This document shows, piece by piece, positions 35,825-41,315 of a DNA stretch of 41,315 nucleotides. The notes beneath the pieces are model-generated. The model did not search any database. It was not told the origin of the DNA and was given only the letters and a program-made list of their open reading frames with translations. Location of the stretch: NCBI GenBank assembly GCA_035637175.1, contig DASPXS010000201.1:1-41315 (forward strand), read 5' to 3'. The DNA is from Haliangiales bacterium (GTDB taxonomy: Bacteria > Verrucomicrobiota > Verrucomicrobiia > Limisphaerales > AV2). The position numbers and the translations under genes were made by a program. Numbering within the stretch: the stretch's first letter is position 1; each line of letters begins with the position of its first letter.

Positions 35825-37264
35825 ATGCCTGCAATGACAGACATCAATTCGGACGGAAGCCTGGTGACGGGCGAAATCGGCCAGGGAATAGAATTTCGCG
35901 GCAACACCGTGCGACTCATGCGCCATTTAGCCGTCTTCGAAATCTACAATCTCGCATTGGTGCTCCGGCTCTCTGAAGTGCTGACGAATTTCAAGATCGT
36001 GGCCAATGATGTTCCCCTCTATGTGGGCCGTGCCGTGGTCAACAATCTGCTGTACACGGCTACGCTGGTTATTTGCGAAGCCACCTTGGACGAGTCGGGC
36101 TGGATCGACGTGGATTTCAACTGCGTGAGGAACGGCGGCGTCGGGCTGGCGAAGGAGTATGAGAACTTCGTTCGCCGATGGCAGAAAAACTACAAAGTCA
36201 CTCAGCCATTCAAGTTGATTATAGCCGACATGCGGACTTTTTTCATGGACATGCAACTCTGGCTGGATCAAGTGGAATTGGGCATTCGTGCTTCACCGTC
36301 CGGCGACCGTTCGAAGCTGGAACAAGCGGTGACGGATGAATTAGCCTCGGCCATCATTCCGTCCATCAACACGCTTTTTGAGAAGTTCGAGAACGCGGCG
36401 CAGAATCTCGAGCCGCACCTGCTGCCCATTCACAGCAGCTATATGCGGCGGCAACTCCACCCTTTCGTTCTCTGCGCGCCTTTTCCGCACCGCACTTTCT
36501 GCAAACCCTTGGGTTACGCCGGAGACTACGAGATGGTCAACATGATCGCGCGCGACGTGCATGAAGGAGGGTCCCTGTATGCGAAAATTGTCAACTGTTG
36601 GTTCCTGAAACAACCGCCGGCGCAGGCGCACCGCAATCGGCTTCGTTATTTGCAGGACAAATTGATTGAAGAGACGTTGCGCGTCATGAGAGCGGGCAGG
36701 CAGGCGCGAATCTGCAATCTGGCGTGCGGTCCCGCGGTCGAAGTCCAGAGATTTCTGGACGAACAGGAGATCAGTAACCAGGCGCATTTCTCTCTCATCG
36801 ATTTCAACGACGAGACACTCGAACACGCGCAGATGAAGCTGGATAGCGTCAAAGCCCGACACTACCGGCGCTCTTCAGTGCAATACGTCAAGAAGTCCGT
36901 CCAACGTATTCTCAGGGACAGCGTGCGGACGTTTGAACGCCCGCCGCAGGATCAGTATGATTTCGTCTATTGCGCCGGGTTGTATGATTATCTGCCCGAC
37001 CAGGTATGTCGGTTGTTGACGGACCTCTTGTATGAGTGGGTGGCTCCGGGAGGACTGCTGCTGTTAACGAACGTGGAGCCATCGAATCCGCTTCGCAACG
37101 GGATGGAGCACCTGCTGGATTGGCATCTGGTGTATCGGACCGGACGGCAATTTGAAGCGCTTCAACCCAAGCGCGCTTCCGCGGATTCTGTCGCGGTGCG
37201 TGCGGATCTGACGGGGGTGAATTTGTTCCTTGAAGTTCGCAAGCCGGACCATGCCAAGCGATAG
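35825..37264 (+). CDS. PhcB-like protein: N-terminal uncharacterised domain plus a C-terminal class I SAM-dependent methyltransferase
   Basis: 479 aa. The methyltransferase motif I is ARICNLACGPAVE. This is followed by FSLIDFNDETL, YDFVYCAGLYDYLPD and APGGLLLLTNV. The size and two-domain layout match what I recall for Ralstonia PhcB-type 'extracellular factor' synthases. The family assignment is not verified by search. Confidence 0.6.
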   Translation: MPAMTDINSDGSLVTGEIGQGIEFRGNTVRLMRHLAVFEIYNLALVLRLSEVLTNFKIVANDVPLYVGRAVVNNLLYTATLVICEATLDESGWIDVDFNCVRNGGVGLAKEYENFVRRWQKNYKVTQPFKLIIADMRTFFMDMQLWLDQVELGIRASPSGDRSKLEQAVTDELASAIIPSINTLFEKFENAAQNLEPHLLPIHSSYMRRQLHPFVLCAPFPHRTFCKPLGYAGDYEMVNMIARDVHEGGSLYAKIVNCWFLKQPPAQAHRNRLRYLQDKLIEETLRVMRAGRQARICNLACGPAVEVQRFLDEQEISNQAHFSLIDFNDETLEHAQMKLDSVKARHYRRSSVQYVKKSVQRILRDSVRTFERPPQDQYDFVYCAGLYDYLPDQVCRLLTDLLYEWVAPGGLLLLTNVEPSNPLRNGMEHLLDWHLVYRTGRQFEALQPKRASADSVAVRADLTGVNLFLEVRKPDHAKR

Positions 37265-39911
37265 GATTACGAGCCAACCGGGGTTTGCAGAGGCGTTTCG
37301 GGCCAACGAGCGCCAGGAGCGGATTAATACCGGCAAGGTGGCTTCGGCGCTTGTGGTCTTCCTGATGCCGCTCGGAGTAACTCTGGATTTCTTCGTTTAC
37401 CACGAGTGGTTGCAGTTCTTTCTCCTGCTCCGCCTCGCGTGCTCGGCTTTGGCCGGTTTCATCTGGTACTGGCACACCACCCGCCTGGGGCAGGAACATT
37501 ACAAGCTCCTGGGACTTCCAATTGCCCTGTTGCCCGCCTTTTTTATCGCCTGGATGATTTATGAGACCGAGGGTCCCGTTTCACCGTATTACGCCGGCCT
37601 GAACCTGATTCTTTTGGCCGTAAGTGTCGTCGTGCATTGGAGCGTCCGCGAATCGGTGATCGCAGTCGGCGGCGTGCTGCTCATGTACTCGGCCGCCTGC
37701 CTGCTGAAAGGAACCAAAGAGCAACTTCCCATTATTTTCAACAACTTCTACTTCCTGTTCTTAACCGGCATCATTGTCATCACGGGAAACCATTTCTTCA
37801 ATCGCCTTCGCCAGCGCGAATTCGCCTTGCGCTACGAACTGGATCAAAACCGCCAGAAACTCGAGGAAACCAATCGCAAACTCACGGAACTCGACCAGAT
37901 CAAAAGCCGCTTTTTCGCGAATATCAGCCACGAACTGCGCACCCCGCTCACGCTGCTCCTCGCGCCGCTCGAAGCCCTGCTGCACCAGCGCGGCCGGGTC
38001 ACGGACCCCGAGACACGCGGTCTTCTGACGACAATGCACTCGAATGGCATGCGCCTGCTCAAGTTGATCAACGACCTGCTCGACCTGGTGCGCCTGGAGT
38101 CCGGTCGCATGGAGGTCAAACGCGAGCCGCTGGAATTGACCGAGTTCATCAAGGGCCTGGCCAGCGCCGCACGACAGGTCGCCGACGACAAACGGATCAA
38201 GCTCGAAACCTGGGTGACTCCGGAACTGGAAACGGTTCTCGCCGATCGCGACAAGCTTGAAAAAATCGTGCTCAATCTATTGTTCAATGCCCTGAAGTTC
38301 ACGCCGGCCGGCGGGCGGGTGGATTTGCGGGCGGAAAAACAAGGCGATGAACTCGTCCTCCTGGTCAAAGACACGGGCATGGGCATTTCGCGGAAGAATC
38401 TGCCGTTCATCTTCGACCGGTTCTGGCAGGCGGACGGCTCCGCCCGCCGGAAATATCAGGGCGTCGGCATCGGCCTGGCGTTGGTGAAGGAACTGACGGA
38501 GATTCAGGAGGGACAGGTCAGTGTGGAAAGCGAAGAAGGCAAAGGAACCACGTTCGCCGTCCGGTTCCCCTGCCGGCAGGCCGAGTCGAAACGGGAAACG
38601 CAGGCAGTCCCGGAACCCGCCAGGCCGGACGAAGAAGGGCCGCCGACAGGGACCGTGACCTCGGAGGAGTGGCTCGCCAATTTGTATCGCCGCGCCGAGT
38701 TGTTCCCGGCATTGACGCCGGTTCAGGAAGCGGTACGGCCCGTGGAGACGTTGCCTGGCGGAAAGCGCCCGACGGTCCTGGTGGCGGACGATGAGCCGGA
38801 CATGTTGCGCTTCCTGAAATCCCAATTAAGCCGGCATTACAATGTGTTGGAAGCGGTGGACGGGCAGCAGGCCATCGAAAAGGCAAACCAGTTCCTGCCG
38901 GACATCGTCCTGCTCGACATGATGATGCCGGAGAAAGACGGATTGCAGGCCTGCAAGGAACTCAAGGAACGGACCACCACCCAAAACATTCCCGTGGTTC
39001 TCCTCACGGCCCGCGCGGACGAGGAAACCAAACTCGCGTCGCTTTCGGCCGGCGCCAGCGACTTCCTGTCGAAGCCGTTTTCGACGACCGAACTGCACGT
39101 GCGGGTCAAGAACCTGATCGAGTCCTATCAACTGCAACGCAAGCTCGCCCGGCAGAACCAGCTCCTCGAATCCACCATCGAACAACTCAAGGAAACCGAA
39201 GTGCAGCTCGTTCAGGCCGAGAAGCTCGCGTCGCTCGGCCGCATGAGCGCGGGCATCATCCATGAGATCAACAATCCGCTCAACTTCGCCACGACCGGAC
39301 TTTTCACGCTGCGCAAAAAGACAACCCACGTCGCCCCGGAACATCAACCGGAGTTTGCCGAAATCCTCGGGGACGTCGAGGAGGGCGTCAAACGGGTGAA
39401 AAACATCGTGTCCGATCTGCGGTCGTTCACGCACCACAACACCGGCCTGATCGAGAAGGTCAAAGTGGCCGAGGTGGTGGCCACGGCGCTTCGTTTCACG
39501 AGCAACGAGTGGAAGGACCAGGTTGCGATTCATCGGCAGATTCCCGACGACCTGGTCATCGAAGCCAACAAAAACAAAATGACCCAGGTGTTTGTCAATC
39601 TCCTGCAAAACGCGCTGGACGCGCTGACGCAAAAGGTCTTTGAAAATGAAACGCCGGCGATTTCGATCGAGGGACGCATCGAAGACGGCCGAACGGTCCT
39701 GTCGGTCCGGGACAACGGCACGGGCATCGACCCGGCCATTGTGAACAAGATTTTCGATCCGTTCTTCACCACCAAGGATGTCGGGCAAGGCATGGGGCTG
39801 GGCTTGAGCATCTCTTACCGCATCCTGGAGGAATGCGGCGGGCGGATCAACGTGCGGACGGAGCCGGGCAAGTTCGCGGAATTTCTGTTGGTGTTTCCGC
39901 GGAAAGCGTAG
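37251..39911 (+). CDS. membrane hybrid sensor kinase with two kinase cores: 6-TM sensor, HisKA/HATPase, REC, second HisKA/HATPase
   Basis: The ATG at 37251 overlaps the upstream gene end by 14 nt. About six TM helices span aa ~36-190. H-box 1 is SHELRTPL, with N/G1/G2 boxes (LLFNALKF, DTGMGI, GVGIGLAL). The REC domain has VLVADDE...VLLDMMMP...KPF. H-box 2 is IHEINNPL, with intact N/G1/G2 (LLQNALDA, DNGTGI, GQGMGLGL). Confidence 0.88.
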   Translation: MPSDRITSQPGFAEAFRANERQERINTGKVASALVVFLMPLGVTLDFFVYHEWLQFFLLLRLACSALAGFIWYWHTTRLGQEHYKLLGLPIALLPAFFIAWMIYETEGPVSPYYAGLNLILLAVSVVVHWSVRESVIAVGGVLLMYSAACLLKGTKEQLPIIFNNFYFLFLTGIIVITGNHFFNRLRQREFALRYELDQNRQKLEETNRKLTELDQIKSRFFANISHELRTPLTLLLAPLEALLHQRGRVTDPETRGLLTTMHSNGMRLLKLINDLLDLVRLESGRMEVKREPLELTEFIKGLASAARQVADDKRIKLETWVTPELETVLADRDKLEKIVLNLLFNALKFTPAGGRVDLRAEKQGDELVLLVKDTGMGISRKNLPFIFDRFWQADGSARRKYQGVGIGLALVKELTEIQEGQVSVESEEGKGTTFAVRFPCRQAESKRETQAVPEPARPDEEGPPTGTVTSEEWLANLYRRAELFPALTPVQEAVRPVETLPGGKRPTVLVADDEPDMLRFLKSQLSRHYNVLEAVDGQQAIEKANQFLPDIVLLDMMMPEKDGLQACKELKERTTTQNIPVVLLTARADEETKLASLSAGASDFLSKPFSTTELHVRVKNLIESYQLQRKLARQNQLLESTIEQLKETEVQLVQAEKLASLGRMSAGIIHEINNPLNFATTGLFTLRKKTTHVAPEHQPEFAEILGDVEEGVKRVKNIVSDLRSFTHHNTGLIEKVKVAEVVATALRFTSNEWKDQVAIHRQIPDDLVIEANKNKMTQVFVNLLQNALDALTQKVFENETPAISIEGRIEDGRTVLSVRDNGTGIDPAIVNKIFDPFFTTKDVGQGMGLGLSISYRILEECGGRINVRTEPGKFAEFLLVFPRKA

Positions 39912-39970
39912 CAGTGTATCGGAAGATTGAAACGGGGCCGGCGCGGCGGCGGAGGGAGGAATTGCGATTT

Positions 39971-41233
39971 ATGAACAACTATTATGATTACAAAAAATTC
40001 GCCATCCTTTACGTGGATGACGAAGAGAAGTCGCTGAAGTATTTCACGCGGGCCTTCGAAGACCAGTTTCGGATCCTGACCGCCGCCCGGGCGGATGACG
40101 GATTGAAGCTGGTGGAAGAACACCAGGGCGATCTGGGGGTGCTGATGACGGACCAGCGCATGCCCGGCAACAAGGGCGTTTGGCTGCTGGAAAAAGCGCG
40201 GCAAATTCAGCCGCGCATCATTCGAATCCTGGCGACGGCCTATGCCGATATGGATGCGGCGATCGCCGCCATCAACAGCGGCGCCATTTACAAATACGTC
40301 ACCAAACCGTGGGACCCGCCCACCCTCGAAAACACGCTGAAACGCGCCCTGGAATTCTTCATCGTGCAACGCGAGCGCGACCAGCTTCTCCGCGAGAAAC
40401 TCGCCGTCCTGCACAACATGATGATCGCCGACCGCATGGTCAGCCTGGGGCTGCTGGCGGCGGGTTTGAGCCATCACATTCGCAACTCGCTCGTCGCGGT
40501 GAAGACGTTTCTCGACCTGGCGCCGTCGAAGCTCAAGGAGGAAGAGGTGCAGATGGACAATCTTCGCAATCCGGACTTCTGGAAGGATTACTATCGCAAT
40601 GTCCAGACCCAGATCGAGAAGATCAACAACATGTTGAAAGATCTCTGGGCCGCCTCGGAAAAACCCTCCTTTGAGTTCAAGGACGTCGTGCATCTGAACC
40701 AGGTCATTGCCGGGGTGCTGGAAAAGCTCAAGGACAAGCTGGCGGCCAAAAAAATCGGCGTGACCGTCAGCATTCCGGACTCTCTTCCGGCGCTTACGGT
40801 GGACGAACCCAAGTTCGTCCGGCTGTTTGAGCTGCTGATCGAGGATGAAGTCGTGAGTCTGCCTCCGGGCAGTCAGGTCAGCATCAGCGCGCAGAGTGAC
40901 TACCGCATGGTCAAACAGGGCGAAATTCGCATCGAAGTGCGGGACAACGGGCCGGGCCTGCCGGAAGACGCGCTGCGGTTGATCTTCGATCCGTTCCTGG
41001 TGCGTTCCGACAGCCCCATGGAGTACGGCATCAAGTTGATGGCGTGTTTTTTCATTGTGCATCACCACGGCGGCACGATCATCGCCCAGAGCCAGGAGCA
41101 GAAGGGCACGAATTTCATGGTCCGGCTGCCGATCAATCCGAACCAACGACCGTTGGTGGACGAGAACCAGCAATTCTTCGAGAAGATCCTGATGAATGAC
41201 GTCATGTGGGAGAAGCTCATCACGTCCGACTGA
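39971..41233 (+). CDS. response-regulator receiver fused to a histidine-kinase-like domain with a degenerate ATP-binding site (PhcR-like layout)
   Basis: The ATG at 39971 is preceded by GGAGGGAGGAA. The REC domain has ILYVDDEE...VLMTDQRMPG...TKPW. The DHp-like H-box is LSHHIRNSL. In the HATPase-like region the N-box Asn is absent (LFELLIEDEVV), G1 is present (DNGPGL) and G2 is degenerate (EYGIKLMACF). Confidence 0.8.
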   Translation: MNNYYDYKKFAILYVDDEEKSLKYFTRAFEDQFRILTAARADDGLKLVEEHQGDLGVLMTDQRMPGNKGVWLLEKARQIQPRIIRILATAYADMDAAIAAINSGAIYKYVTKPWDPPTLENTLKRALEFFIVQRERDQLLREKLAVLHNMMIADRMVSLGLLAAGLSHHIRNSLVAVKTFLDLAPSKLKEEEVQMDNLRNPDFWKDYYRNVQTQIEKINNMLKDLWAASEKPSFEFKDVVHLNQVIAGVLEKLKDKLAAKKIGVTVSIPDSLPALTVDEPKFVRLFELLIEDEVVSLPPGSQVSISAQSDYRMVKQGEIRIEVRDNGPGLPEDALRLIFDPFLVRSDSPMEYGIKLMACFFIVHHHGGTIIAQSQEQKGTNFMVRLPINPNQRPLVDENQQFFEKILMNDVMWEKLITSD

Positions 41234-41247
41234 TAGTTAATTCGCCT

Positions 41248-41315
41248 TGGCAGTGGCACGGGCGTCCCGCCCGTTCGAACATGGCGACGGACACACGGGC
41301 GAGACGCCCCTGCCA
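41248..41315. repeat. long GC-rich inverted repeat downstream of the last gene (reaches the window end)
   Basis: TGGCAGTGGCACGGGCGTC, then ~30 nt, then GACGCCCCTGCCA. It contains the GGGCGTCCCGCC core shared with 31983-31997. Confidence 0.6.

Overview
High-GC (~60%) bacterial chromosomal window. It is densely coded, with many spurious antisense ORFs in the supplied track. The protein content and several families of GC-rich REP-like hairpin repeats suggest a Verrucomicrobiota/PVC-type genome; this is a low-confidence inference.

Content from left to right:
- 1-1500: a truncated secreted-protein gene that is missing from the ORF track, then a decayed DNA-methylase relic and REP-like hairpins.
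- 1502-3556: an SBP56 (methanethiol-oxidase-like) gene paired with a Sco1/SenC gene.
- 3710-4060: tmRNA (ssrA), which is not visible in the ORF track.
- 4263-8281: a contiguous dnaK-groES-groEL block.
- 8794-13589: a beta-hydroxyacid dehydrogenase, a YdeP-type molybdopterin oxidoreductase with FdhD, and a thioesterase.
- 13944-17586: hsp20, lon and a translationally coupled LolA-like gene.
- 17742-19493: an ECF sigma factor, a small protein and a PflX-like radical SAM gene.
- 19653-26327: a same-strand, partly translationally coupled cluster of uncharacterised genes. It holds a small ORF, a Ycf46-like AAA+ ATPase, a 157-aa hydrophobic-N-terminus protein, a DUF2997-like protein, a polytopic membrane protein with an apparently dead S26 signal-peptidase fold, a TPR protein, an orphan PilT-like ATPase and a membrane TPR protein.
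- 27305-28284: tRNA-Asp, followed by a ~0.9 kb lower-GC segment bounded by an exact 18-nt duplication of the tRNA 3' end (att-like).
- 28494-30737: a large secreted FN3/cadherin-like repeat protein.
- 30814-35662: a metallophosphoesterase, a PAS histidine kinase, an SDR and a FadL-family porin.
- 35825-41233: a phcBSR-like locus with a PhcB-like methyltransferase, a membrane HK-REC-HK fusion and a REC protein with a degenerate kinase-like domain.

The two best candidates for an undescribed system are the 19.6-26.3 kb AAA+/DUF2997/pseudo-peptidase/PilT cluster and the Phc-like signalling locus. All functional calls rest on my own reading of motifs in the translations. No database search was run.
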